This document shows positions 15,311-27,800 of a stretch of 64,000 bases of DNA, one piece after another. Source of the DNA: Dendrobates tinctorius (lineage: Eukaryota); contig NW_027361869.1 in the NCBI RefSeq assembly GCF_039654945.1, forward strand, positions 1,364,001-1,428,000, read 5' to 3'. The translations under genes and the position numbers were made by a program. The first letter of the stretch is position 1. Every line of letters starts with the position of its first letter. Under the pieces are notes generated by a model. The model searched no databases. It worked only from the letters and a program-made list of their open reading frames with translations, and was not told the DNA's origin.

Positions 15311-15576
15311 GCTCAGATAACATTGGTAAATGCAGGCCGGATGTGATCATCTATCGATCAATTTATCTGTTTTTGCTGAAAGTTTCTTTCTTCTGTTTCT
15401 TTATCCCAGGATTTCTTCCCCACCCGGTCTCTCAGGAGCATTTGGATGAAGCAGCAGTGAAGCAGCAGCCCCATCTGCCTCTCCCCGGACTGACGGGCAT
15501 CCACGGTTGACAGCACCTGGCAGCGGCCCATTCAGAGGAGCCTGACATGCCGTTTGCCTCCTGAGAAGGAGGGAGG

Positions 15577-15718
15577 ATGGGCACCCAAGGCAGCCCTGTG
15601 AAAAGCTACGACTACCTCCTGAAATTCCTGCTGGTGGGAGATAGCGACGTCGGGAAGGGAGAGATCTTGGAGAGTTTGCAGGACGGAGCCTCCGAGTCCC
15701 CGTACTCCTATAGTAACG
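15577..15718 (+). CDS. RAB40C: Ras-related protein Rab-40C, coding exon 1
   Basis: [47 protein letters not shown]; donor G|gtaagg; 142 nt. Confidence 0.96.
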
Positions 15719-18700
15719 GTAAGGGGTCCCATTCTGTAGATAGAGATAGACAGCTGTGAGACATGCAGCCACGGGGACTCGGACATATTTTTCGAGCACA
15801 CCGGGGACACTCGGACAGCACCTGAGCATGCTCAGATAACGCCTTATCCGAGGACGCTCACTCATCACTAGTCGTTACGTGATGTTAGCCAGTCCCTAAA
15901 AGGTAAGGTACTATTGTCTCTGGATTTTTCCCCCAGGCCAGGGGACGGCCATTGCATTGTTTTCACCCCAGATGAACTGAACTTGCTTACCCTCACTCTG
16001 TACGTGGAAACACAGTGGGATGGTTGTCGGGTGAGAACTTTTCGGTAGATTAGTTGTCAGATTTTTCCTGTGCAGCTTGTCATAATCTGCTGTTACTTAC
16101 AAAATGTAAAAATTGAAATATTCAGCCCTAGAAATAGTTTTCTCAGGGACTTTGTCCTGTTCAGGGTTGTGACCCTGCCTCCGTTTCTGACTCCCGTCAA
16201 ACCAGTTTATCCGCCCCGGCCTCTGGTGATCGCGCTCAGACGTGGAGTCACGGCTTCCATGTAGTTGTCACTGGTGTTTGAGCGCTTTGTAATTCATAGA
16301 CAGCTTCTAAGCCCAAAAATGCTTTTCCCCCACCCAGGGATGTTGGCCCCCATAGATGCCTGCCGTAGATCTGACGTCATCTATGCGCCGCTCGACTTGT
16401 TATATCATCTCAACACATGTAAATGGACCCTTAAGAGTTTTGCTGGCCACATTTTAGAGACATTGGGGCATTTTTCCTACTTTAAAAGCATGTTTTTATA
16501 GGGGGGGGGTTCGTTTTTTCACTGTTTGCTTTCTGCTTTGCATTGTCTATTGCTGGCTGCTAAATGAGTTAACTGAGGTTCCATAAGTGAGCTTGTTCTT
16601 TAAGTCTTACAAGAGGATTTGTTACTCTTTTTTTCCTGTGTTTTTTTTTTTTTTTTCTTCTTTCTGAGCTCAGCTGTTTTATGACCACCGACCCCATCAA
16701 AGCTGAATATGCAGGGAAACAAAGAGCCTGTAAAGGCCAAAGGTGCCGAATTTTAAATTAAATGTAATTGCAAAAATGTTTTTTTTGGAGCCCAAAAAAT
16801 ATATGCATTTGCATAAATATTCGTCCCCTTTAAGATTTATTCATACTGAAAGAATACTGTCAGCGGGTTTTGTCTATATAATCTGAGACCAGCATAATAT
16901 AGGGGCAGAGACCCTGATTCCAGGGATGTCACTTACTAATTGTTGTTGTTGTCTCAATACAATCAGTGTTTTATCAGCAGGAGATGCACTACAGGACTAG
17001 ATGTATCATGCCTCCTAGTCCAACTCCACCCAAACCACTGATTAGCAGCTCTCTAAAAGTGCACAGTGTACACAGAAAGCAGCCAGTCAGTGGTGTGGGC
17101 TGGGTTATACAGAGCTCAGCATTCTGAGCTCTGCTACATCTGCAGCAGAGAAAACAGTGACTGAATCAAAGTGAAAGCAAGCAGCCCAGCAAGTGACACA
17201 TCCCTGGAATCAGGGTCTCTGTCCCTACATCATGGTGCTCTCAGATAACAAAAATCCATTGACAGATTCCCATTATTGAGGGCTGATTGATAAAGTCGAT
17301 CAGTGCTCATATAAAGGCCCCTTTCACAATGGCCAATACAATCTGTATGATCATTGATGTCATTGTTCTGTCCCCATACAGTATTCATATTGTCAGCAGC
17401 ACAGATGTTATATCTTTACATGGAGAGATGTGCTGCCGACAACGATTATTGAATCATCCATTAAACCAGTCGCCAAACAAGCATTTTGTCAGCTGATGAT
17501 TGGGAACGCTCCTTCATACAAAATAAGTGAGATAGCCGTGATAGTGGTGCCGGGATTTGTCGCCGTTCCATTAGAGAACTCTGTACATCACTGTTCTCGC
17601 AACCTGACGTGGCTGATAACAGGAGACAATAGAATATATGAATATGTAATAGACTTTAATGTCCCTTTCTAATGCATTATTGAATCATGAGGGGGAGGGC
17701 TGCGTATGTGAGGGGTCCTTTTTAACAGAGGATTAGAGAAAAACCTCTTAGTACATGGAAGCCAGGATCGACCACACCAGCTCTGCTGCTCTTATCCATA
17801 AAGGGGATCGGTGGCACATCCATAAGAAGCGTGCATACAGCCGAGCGAACGGTGCAGGACCCTGGGGTACGTCTCCGTGCTCGGGCTCATGGCTGGATGG
17901 TTAATGACGCTGGCAGGCAGCATTGTGTACGTGCAATCATTGCATCAGCACGTATGTCTGTCATTGTAGATCGCTCCTGGGGTATATAATATACAGCCCG
18001 GGCATCACCCCCCCCCACCCAAAAAAAAAGTTCAGGACAGAGTTTAAGGCAGTGGTTGGCGACCTGCAGCACTCCAGCCATGGTGCTTTTTTTCAATCGT
18101 TGCGCTCTTTTTTTTTTTTTTTTTTTTGCCGTTGCGCTCATTTTTTATTTTAGCCGCGGCGCTCTTTTTCCAGCAGCTTCTTGACGTCACATCTTGTGCT
18201 TTCCGTCACGTGTCCGTGAATAACATCCCGATGCTCAGAAACTTTCCCATGATCGATGGTCATCCCTAAAAATGAAATTCCTCTCCACCCTTTTTAGTAT
18301 TTTTCTAAACTCTCATGAGGTTCCCCTTGGGACGTGAGTCAGAGAAGTTTGTTTTTTTCTTTCCAATGCAGTCACAAGGCCCAAAAAAACCCCATTTGTT
18401 CCCTCGGCCGGATCACACCCCAAGGAGTGTACTTGACAATGACAACGCAGGATGTTAAAAGTAAGAATCGTCAGATCTGTGAGTGCCGGACGTAGGAGAT
18501 GGTGTCGGCTTCAGGATGCAAATGGTTAATAAACTTTTATTCTCCGCAGCCAAGTTTAGTTTTTTTCCAGGGGCTGAGAGATCTTCTTTCCCCAGTATTT
18601 GGAGGATAGTATTACTCACCGGCCGCTGCAGGAAAAGCCATTTATATGATTGGAAATCCTGGTTCTAGCCCTAATGGATTCTGGAGAGTGTTGCGGATGG

Positions 18701-21140
18701 GGGAGGCGTTAGCCTAAATAATGGAGAAATCCTGTCATTGAGCAGACTCTCTGAGCTCGTGCACACCCCACTTATCACTTCCTAGGAAAGCTGGGTGACA
18801 GCCAGTGTGGTCCCTGATGGAAGGCTCGGCTTTCCCAGACCCCTGAGAAGAGGTCTGTTTGGAAGGCTTATGGGGCTTCCTCGCCCCCCTAACTGGGTTT
18901 AAAGAGAGTTTTTTTTTTTTTTTTTTCCTGTGTAAACTCCTCTAATTTTGGCCGTACTTGTGGGTTCTTTGTACTGCATTTCCTGCCAGTAATCTCCTGT
19001 GTGTGATTTCTGCTGTCAAGAAGGATGGGAAATATTGCCTTTTACCCTTTGCTCATGCCTTTTTTTTTTTTTTCTCTTCTGCGGTCTTCTTATTCTGTAA
19101 ACATTGATATTTTATATTTCCACTTCTGCACATATACCGATACTGGTGACCTGCAGGCAATTAGCCCATGCGGGCGGCACCTTGAAGGTCCCTTTAAGCC
19201 AATTACTAAAGCGATTGTCGTTCATGTCGTCAGGTTTCTATGTGTCGTGTCATGACGCCCCGCAGTAAAGCTTGTGCGGCCGTGGTGCTCCGGATCCTAC
19301 ATAGTGCACAGGTATTTAGGACATCACTACAAGCAGCTCCCGTCCTCCTATAGAGGAGGCCTCCTCCTGACGTTCACGGCAGTTTATAGGCCAACAAGCG
19401 GTCAGCGTGCTCGCTTCTCTTAACCACTTAACCCAGCCATTTTTTTTTTTTTTTTTTCTCTTCTAAAATGTTTTTTTTCCCCTCCTTTTCTCCCCTATGT
19501 GTTAACTTTTCTGGCCCTGCAGCCATATGAGCGCCAAACTTTACGCTAGAACCTGTGACCGGTTTTTAAGGAACACCATGGGCGGCTTTTAAATGGTTAA
19601 AGGGCAGAGATCAGAGCGAACGCTGTCAGAGGCAGGCTGTACAACACAGATGACGCCTGCCGTGTATGAGATTCGCTCAGCTCTTGAGCCCGCCCTGAAA
19701 TTAAACGTCACAGGTCATTGAGGGTTAAAGGGACAGGCCCCTTCCCATTTATTATGTCCGTACAATGCAGGTGCACAATTGAACGCTATTAAAACCGCCT
19801 CTCAAAATGCTGAGCTGGAAAACCGTAGCTCATTGTACGAGACCCTTCCTGCCCCGCTTGTCAGCAGGGGTCTCATGACACACCGTGACCTGATCCTGAG
19901 CCTGGCTGTAGGGTTTGTTTTTCAGTTGGCCATTTCTACTCAATTCTGGAGCAAGAGCCGTCATTAGGGGCAGGGATAAGCGGCAGCTGCTTCTTCTCCT
20001 CCTCCGCTCCTGGACTATGTGAATGCCAAGGTATCTCCTCACTGTTTCACCTAAACTAATGGCTTCATGATATCTGAATCCATCAGGCGGGATAATCACC
20101 CTGCAGCACGTACGTCAGAGCGGGCAGTCTTTCTGTAACGTCCCCCCGGCCGCTCGCTGTTTCCGAACTGTTTGTTCTCATTAAATAATTGATGGTGACC
20201 ATAATGTAGGAAAAGAACCGCACTCGCGTGACAGACAGCGTTTATTAATAGCAGGAATCATCGCTCTGCCTTCATCTTTGAGATCTGGCTGATCAATAAT
20301 TTACCTAACATGAGAAGTACAGAGCAGAGAAATGCTGAGTGTGGAGGAGACGCTGCAGCCGAGCCACAAAATAGGACCGAAATGTGCGCTGTAGGCGACT
20401 TATGGATGACGGACGCCTCCCATCTTGATTCCATTTTTGCCTAAATTTACAAACCCTTTAATAGGTGAACGGCCATTGGATTAGAATCAGAGCCTGACAG
20501 CGCCATTGCCATGCTGCAGGATTTGATAAAAAAAAAAAGGACTAGTCCAGTGCAGACCCCTTCCCCAGATGGCTTCTCCCCTCCCCGATCCCTTTGACTG
20601 ACACTTGGGGAGATACCTGTCAATCAAGTGGATGAAGGCTGGGAACATCATGGGACTGGTCACATCTTTTCCTATATGATAGAGCAAAAGGTTATGGGGG
20701 TCTCAAAGATTACACAGAATTTAAGGGGTCGTCGATCATTAGAAGGACCATACACCTTACCTGGTGCCCTCACTTCCCCCCTCCTCTGACCTGATCGGAA
20801 CGCCATTACTCCATTTTCCAAGATGGCCACTGCAGTGGCATAAGTGTACAGTGACCAGTATAAACTGCGCCACCCCTGCCTTTCGGATCACACAGCACAT
20901 GAAAGGCAGGGGGAAACGTAGTTTAGGCTTACCACTGCACCCCACCATGTTATGGCAGAAGAATGGACCCCCAATCTGAGCGGAGGAGGCAGGTGATGAT
21001 ACACACGTAATGAATAGTCACTTTTCAGTCCCGGGGTAAGAGGTCACTTTAATTCTTGATCTCTTCTTTAATTGAAGAAATGTCTGAAGAGGAAAAAATC
21101 CTTCTATGCACTGACTGAATTTTTTTTTTTAACATATCAG

Positions 21141-21201
21141 GTATTGACTACAAAACCACTACCATCCTCCTAGACGGCCGACGGGTCAAGCTTGAGCTTT
21201 G
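21141..21201 (+). CDS. RAB40C: RAB40C coding exon 2
   Basis: ag|GIDYKTTTILLDGRRVKLELW|gtaaga; 61 nt. Confidence 0.96.
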
Positions 21202-22859
21202 GTAAGAGAAAATGACAATCATCTCGTGTATGGGGGTGACCTGACTGTTCCCCGATGGCAGTTGTTGGTATGTTGGTGAAAAGGTTGGGCATATTGAAAT
21301 TGAACATGCCTGATTCTTTTCTTCTCTGGGGAGATAATCTGCCTTCGGAGATGTCGGGCAACTTACTTGTTACTCTCCCTCAAGAACACCTACACGCTCA
21401 TCCAAACCAAGCGTTCACGTTTAGGAGGCTCACTTTTGGTCAAATGATTTTGACCACAACTACAGCGATGCCGGAAAGTTTGTGAGCTCTTCAGAATTTT
21501 TCTTATCTTCATAAGTTTGATCCAATACTACATCAGATTTTCACACTAAAAGAAGATAAAGAACCGAATCAAACAAGTGATTCAATATATAAGACTTCAT
21601 AATAATCCAATATCACATGTCCTGTGAGCTGCAAAGGTGTGTGTACCTTCGCTCTCAGTATGCGGAGTGACCCATTGAGCAGCAATGATTGCATGTGAAC
21701 TTTCCTGGTAATTGATGGTCAGTCCTGCACATCGGAGGGAGGAATATTAGTCCATTCCTTCCTTTACCTTTATTCTTCTTTAAAGCGTAACTGTCGTTTT
21801 TAATTTTTATTTCATTAAGCAATAGTATGCATGAACGTAAGCAACTTTGTAATATATCTTATTAGAGAAATCTGCTGCTTTCTCCTCCTGGGACTGATCT
21901 TTCAATCTCAATTCAAGAATCAAAGCTGTAAAATATGTTTTCAGTGAATACAGACTTTCCCTTTACTGAGATAGGAAGTGACCGTTGGTGCTCATAAACT
22001 TCTATGAAGAGAGGAGGAAGGAGCTAGAGGCTACACACATTCTGCTACAAGTTCTGAAACAGTAAGGGTGCCTTCACGTTACATCTTGCTACTCGTCCAT
22101 CCGTTCCGTCAGGGCTTGTGACCGAGTAAAACCTCCTGCAAAGCGGGTCTTGGGTTTATGCACCAATGGTGCCATAGACTATAATGGTGCCGACAGAATG
22201 AACATGCATCGTTTTTGGGCTTAAACGCCTGCTGAAGGCGAATAGTCAGACCTAGTAGACTGCGAACATCAACTGCCTCAACATCAATACTAAATTAAGA
22301 TAGGCCTTTAGTTGCTTAGAGGTTACCTTGGGTCCCTTAGTAATTTCATAGACCATTATAGGCCTTGATTTTGGAGTGATCTTTGTTGTTCGACTACTCT
22401 TAGGGAGCGTAATAATTGGCTTGAATTTCCTCCATTTTTTTTACACAATCTTTCGACTATGGATTAGTGGAGTCCAACCTCTCTTTTCAGATAGTTTTGT
22501 AAATTTTCCATTCTAATGAGTATCAAGAACTCTTCTTCTGAGGTCCTCAAAAATCTTCTTTGTCCATGCCATGATACTTCTACAAACATGTTGTGATTTT
22601 CAGACTTTGATAAATCCTTGTTTTTGAAATAAAACAGGTTGCCCACTCACTCCTGATTGTTATCCCATTGATTGAAAACACCACAATCTAATATCGCCTT
22701 CATATTATCTGATAATCCTAAAGGTTCACATACTTTCAAGTACGGCTGTATCTTACAGTTTATAAAGCCACCTACTTATTGAGTAGTGCGCCTGTCTATA
22801 ATGTGTGGATGATGGAGACCCTTCTCTTCCCCCTTTATCTCTTATGGTTTTCTTTGCAG

Positions 22860-22920
22860 GGACACTTCTGGACAGGGGAGGTTTTGCACCATCTTTCGTT
22901 CTTACTCCAGAGGAGCTCAG
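22860..22920 (+). CDS. RAB40C: RAB40C coding exon 3
   Basis: ag|(W)DTSGQGRFCTIFRSYSRGAQ|gtaatt; 61 nt. Confidence 0.96.
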
Positions 22921-23154
22921 GTAATTAAGTCTTCACGTCCTGCCGCTGATTATAGGACACTTACTACGTTGTATTTGCCCCATCCATTTACATGTAGTTC
23001 TGGCCAGGTCCAGCACCGTACACAGAGTAATCCATCTTTATATAAAGTTAGAGGACCCCATTATTTAAGAGGTGCAGGAACGATTGTAGGACTAGATTCC
23101 TTAGAAAGCTCTCTCATCACTCACAGAAATTCATTCTGAGATCTCGTCTCACAG

Positions 23155-23232
23155 GGCATCCTCCTGGTTTATGATATCACCAATCGGTGGTCCTTCGATG
23201 GAATAGACCGCTGGATCAAAGAGATTGATGAG
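23155..23232 (+). CDS. RAB40C: RAB40C coding exon 4
   Basis: ag|[26 protein letters not shown]|gtacgt; 78 nt. Confidence 0.96.
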
Positions 23233-23806
23233 GTACGTGTTTCTCTAATGGGTTCTTCGTCAGGTGTCCAATGACATATAAATTACCTGGCCACATGATA
23301 CTTCATGCCAGAAGGATTGCATCTAAACTAAACATATATGAAAAAGAAACTCCAAAAAGACATCATTAATCCATAATTGTAAATACAGGAATTATGCCTC
23401 ATAAAGTCTCAATCGATAGAGACGACTCACACTGAACTGAGAAAAACAAGAGGATGCTTGAGTCCAGATCTATCTTAAAAATGCAAATTTTTATTTGTAA
23501 TAAACAGGCACATATAGGAGAAACACGACAATAATTGGTGAAGTAGGCAATAAGTTAATAGCCCGGAGCCTAAGACGAAACAAGCCAACAGCCAAATAGA
23601 TATCATGTTACCACAGAGGACTGCTGCAGGGAAAACATTTAATGGTGCAGATAAGAGATACCAGGGAATGTCTGCTGAGGGTGATCAATCCCATAACATA
23701 TTGCACTAAATCCAAATGCTCTAAATGAGAGGTGCTATGGTGGAGAGTGCAGCCCCGACTGACAAAAAACAGGTACAATCTATTACACAATTGTCTGTGT
23801 GAGTAA

Positions 23807-24185
23807 AGGCCCCTTTAGCGATGCACCAGCGATCCCGACAACGATACGACCCGGTCAGGATCGCTGGTGCATCGCTAAATGGTCGCTAGTGAGCTGCCAA
23901 ACAGGCAGATCTCACAGCGATGCAGCGACGCAGCAGCGGTCGTTACTTACCTTTCAGACGCGGCGATGATGACGTCCTCCCGCCCGCGTCGCTCGTCGGC
24001 GCCAGCAGGAAGCCCAGCAGGAAGCGCCCGACGAGAAATGGAGCTGCGCGATCAGCGACAGACAGCGGGGGAGCCGGTCGGAGGTATCACACATAGCAGT
24101 ATCGCTAGCGATATCACTGCTGCGTCACAAAATCGGTGACGCTTTAGCGATATTGCTAGCAATATCGCTATGTGTAAAGCCCCCT
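23807..24185. mobile_element. Harbinger-type MITE (partly deleted left end)
   Basis: Ends aggccccttta.. / ..gtgtaaagcccct; internal (c)agcga motifs shared with 26022-26457 and 55434-55893. Confidence 0.75.
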
Positions 24186-24592
24186 TTAGATTCTGTGAGA
24201 TGAGGCAACAATAAGCCACCACAGACCCAATGCTGTGAAATGCTAATTATAAGGTGCTAAGTAATCAAAGCAGAGACACCGCTGGCTCCACATGTAACAT
24301 ACATATTGCACAAAGCCCATTAGCAATCCAAAAAGGGGGGCTATTTACATGTAAACAGACCCATCATGTCCTGGTGTGGATAGGGCGCTGTCTTGTGTAC
24401 CCCTTTTTAACGCACATTTCGCGGTGAAGATACCGCTTCCTTGGGGGGCGTGGCTATAGTTGTGACCTAACCCAATTTAAATATCTGGCTAGTGGCGGCC
24501 ACATGATCACGGTGAGCCAATCAAGAAGAGGATATCGCGCATGTGCGCTGTAGATGAATGAAGGCGCTCATCTGAGACTAAACTGAAGTGCG

Positions 24593-25612
24593 CTGACGTC
24601 ACGTGGGGGCGGCCGGCGCCAGACCGTCACCCAGGCAACGACAGAACCACTGAGGAGGCTGCAGTGAGCTGACATCACGTGGGGGCAGCCGGCGCCACAC
24701 CGTCAATCAAATAACGACAGAACCACTGAGGAGGCTGCAGTGAGCTGACGTCACGTGGGGGCGGCCAGCGCCATACCGTCAACCAAGTAACGACAGAACC
24801 ACTGAGGAGGCTGCAGTGAGCTGACGTCACGTGGGGGCAGCCGGCGCCACACCGTCAACCAAGTAACGACAGAACCACTGAGGAGGCTGCAGTGAGCTGA
24901 CATCACGTGGGGGCGGCCGGCGCCACACCGTCAATCAAGTAACGACAGAACCACTGAGGAGGCTGCAGTGAGCTGACGTCACGTGGGGGCAGCCGGCGCC
25001 ATACCGTCAACCAAGTAACGACAGAACCACTGAGGAGGCTGCAGTGAGCTGACATCACGTGGGGGCGGCCGGCGCCACACCGTCAATCAAGTAACGACAG
25101 AACCACTGAGGAGGCTGCAGTTAGTTGACGTCACGTGTGGGCAGCCGGGGCCACACCGTCAACCAAGTAACCAAGAACCACTGAGGAGGCTGCAGTGAGC
25201 TGACATCACGTGGGGGCGGCCGGCGCCACACCGTCAATCAAGTAACGACAGAATCACTGAGGAGGCTGCAGTTAGTTGACGTCACGTGGGGGCGGCCGGC
25301 GCCATACCGTCAACCAAGTAACGACAGAACCACTGAGGAGGCTGCAGTGAGCTGACGTCACGTGGGGGAGGCCGGCGCCACACCGTCAACCAAGTAACGA
25401 CAGAACCACTGAGGAGGCTGCAGTGAGCTGACATCACGTGGGGGCGGCCGGCGCCACACCGTCAATCAAGTAACGACAGAACCACTGAGGAGGCTGCAGT
25501 TAGGTGACGTCACGTGGGGGCGGCCGGCGCCACACCGTCAACCAAGTAACGACAGAACCACTGAGGAGGCTGCAGTGAGCTGACGTCACGTGGGGGCAGC
25601 CGGCCCCAGACC
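24593..25612. repeat. 76-bp CpG-rich minisatellite, ~13.5 copies, each with TGAC(G/A)TCACGTG
   Basis: gacagaaccac recurs at 24640, 24716, 24792 and onward. Confidence 0.96.
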
Positions 25613-26021
25613 ATCTCCCAGGTAATATCAGTACCCGCCCTCTAAACATAATCACAGTATATCATGAGCGCACAGAGAATGTAATCTCCCTGCAAGAGCG
25701 CAAATCACCGCAAAAGCATAGCATTCCCTCCAAGGTCAAAATAGATAGGTAAATGAGCATGAGAAAATCATCAGATAAGCCAGTACACCCATCCTCAGCG
25801 TATTTTGGATGAAGATCTTCTCTGTAAGCAATGAAATAAACATCCACAACCAGGTCGGACTGCAAACTTATTGATAGGACACACACCCTGCTGTTATCGG
25901 GGCTTATACATTTCCAGGAGGAGTTACTAAGGGACAACACTTATCTGCACCATTAAATGTTTTCCCTGCAGCAGTTCTCTGTGGTAACATATCTATTTGA
26001 CTGTTGGCTTGTTTCTTCTTC

Positions 26022-26457
26022 GGGCCCGGTCACACATAGCGACGCACCAGCGATCCCGACAACGATATGATCTTGTCAGGATCGCTGGTGTCGCTACATG
26101 ATCGCTGGTGAGCTGCCAAACAGGCAGATCTTACCAGCGATCCGCACCAGCGTCGACGAGCGCTCGCGTCGCTGTGTACCTTGGCGGCGCTTAGAAACCC
26201 GCTGTTTACCTTGGATACGAGCTGGGAGCTCGCTGATCGCTGGTCTCCCGCCTGCCACACGCAGCGATGCGTGCTGGCCAGCGGGAAACCAATGATCCAA
26301 AAAAAGTCCAGGGCTTTCAAGCACGATCAGCGATACCCGGCAGGGGGGCGGTCGCTGATCGCTGTCACACACAGCAATCTCGCTGGTTAGATCGCTGTTG
26401 CGTCACAAAACTTGTGACTCAGCAGCCATCTCGCTAGCGCTGTGTGTGACAGGGGCT
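26022..26457. mobile_element. Harbinger-type MITE inserted in the right inverted arm
   Basis: TIRs gggcccggtcacaca / tgtgtgacaggggct; inserted at a TTA that is uninterrupted in the partner arm (23571-23573). Confidence 0.85.
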
Positions 26458-26809
26458 TTAGGCTCCGGGCTATTAACTTATTGCCTACTTCACCAATTAT
26501 TGTCGTGTTTCTCCTATATGTGCCCGGTTATGACAAATAAAAATTTGCATTTTTAAGATAGATCTGGACTCAAGCATCCTCTTGTTTTTCTTTCATCTAA
26601 ACTAACCATGTATAAAGTATGTTGTTGCTTTTTTTTTTTTCATTATTTTAGTGGTTAAAAATAATTTCAAGCTTTGAAAAAAAAATGGTTTTGATTTTGT
26701 TTAATTAATCTGTGTGAGGGCTTTTTTTTAATTTAACATTTTTAGTGATACTCTTTTGGGGTGTATGGTTTTATATTTTGGTGGACTGGTCTTTACCAAT
26801 ATAAAAAAT

Positions 26810-26947
26810 NNNNNNNNNNNNNNNNNNNNNNNNNNNNNNNNNNNNNNNNNNNNNNNNNNNNNNNNNNNNNNNNNNNNNNNNNNNNNNNNNNNNNNNNNNN
26901 NNNNNNNNNNNNNNNNNNNNNNNNNNNNNNNNNNNNNNNNNNNNNNN
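26810..26947. other. Assembly gap (N run)
   Basis: 138 N. Confidence 1.
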
Positions 26948-27159
26948 AGGGTTTTTAAAGCTGGCCTACACTTGAGTCCGTAGTGTGGTAATGTTGATTG
27001 TATGGGATACCTTCCTTCTGTCCCCTGATGGTAAATATAATGGGGTAGGAAAGATGGGGTAGAATGGATGATCTGGTTGGGTCCACTGCAGGGTTATACT
27101 TATTTACCCGTCAATGTTTGCAATTATCCATTTTTAAAATGTAATCTTCTGTCTCCCAG

Positions 27160-27382
27160 CATGCCCCCGGCGTCCCCCGTATATTGGTGGGGAATAGACT
27201 CCATTTGGCTTTCAAAAGGCAAGTACCCACGGAGCAGGCCCGGGCCTATGCTGAGAAGAACGGGATGACGTTTTTTGAGGTCAGCCCGCTCTGTAATTTC
27301 AACGTGACCGAGTCCTTCACCGAATTGTCCCGGATAGTGCTGATGAGGCACGGGATGGAGAAGATCTGGAGGCCAAACCGAG
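27160..27382 (+). CDS. RAB40C: RAB40C coding exon 5
   Basis: ag|[22 protein letters not shown]...[36 protein letters not shown]|gtaagt; 223 nt. Confidence 0.96.
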
Positions 27383-27504
27383 GTAAGTGTTACCTGGGAA
27401 AAAGGTTGGGCACGTTGAAATCGAGCATGCCTGATCCTTTTAAGGTTGGTCCAAGTTGTAATAACTCTCTGAATTGTTTTTTTTTTTCTTTATCTTTTCC
27501 CTAG

Positions 27505-27800
27505 TATTCAGCTTGCAAGATTTGTGTTGCCGGGCTATTGTCTCCTGCACCCCTGTACATCTCATCGATAAGCTTCCCCTTCCAGTCGCCATCAAGAGCC
27601 ACCTGAAATCCTTTTCAATGGCTAACGGGATGAACGCTGTGATGATGCATGGACGATCCTACTCCGTAGCTGGCAGCAGCGGTGGAGCCGCCGGCAGCGG
27701 AGGGGGAAGTAAAGGCAACAGCCTCAAACGGTCAAAGTCCATTCGGCCACCCCAGAGCCCCCCTCAGAACTGCTCACGAAGCAACTGTAAGATTTCCTAG
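27505..27800 (+). CDS. RAB40C: RAB40C coding exon 6 (SOCS box, C-terminal CKIS lipidation motif)
   Basis: ag|[27 protein letters not shown]...[17 protein letters not shown]; total CDS 861 nt. Confidence 0.96.

Larger units (their letters stand above)
23340..26593 (-). mobile_element. Non-autonomous Penelope-like retroelement insertion with inverted terminal arms in RAB40C intron 4
   Basis: 20-bp TSD (23320-23339 vs 26594-26613, 18/20 identical). ~216-bp inverted arms at 23440-23655 and 25940-26591 (the latter split by a MITE). Degenerate hammerhead-like motif at 24409-24446 (-). No RT ORF seen. Confidence 0.65.

Noticed and set aside
24593-25612. CRISPR-like or coding repeat
   Set aside because: No spacers, the 76-bp unit is not a multiple of three, and there is no long ORF.
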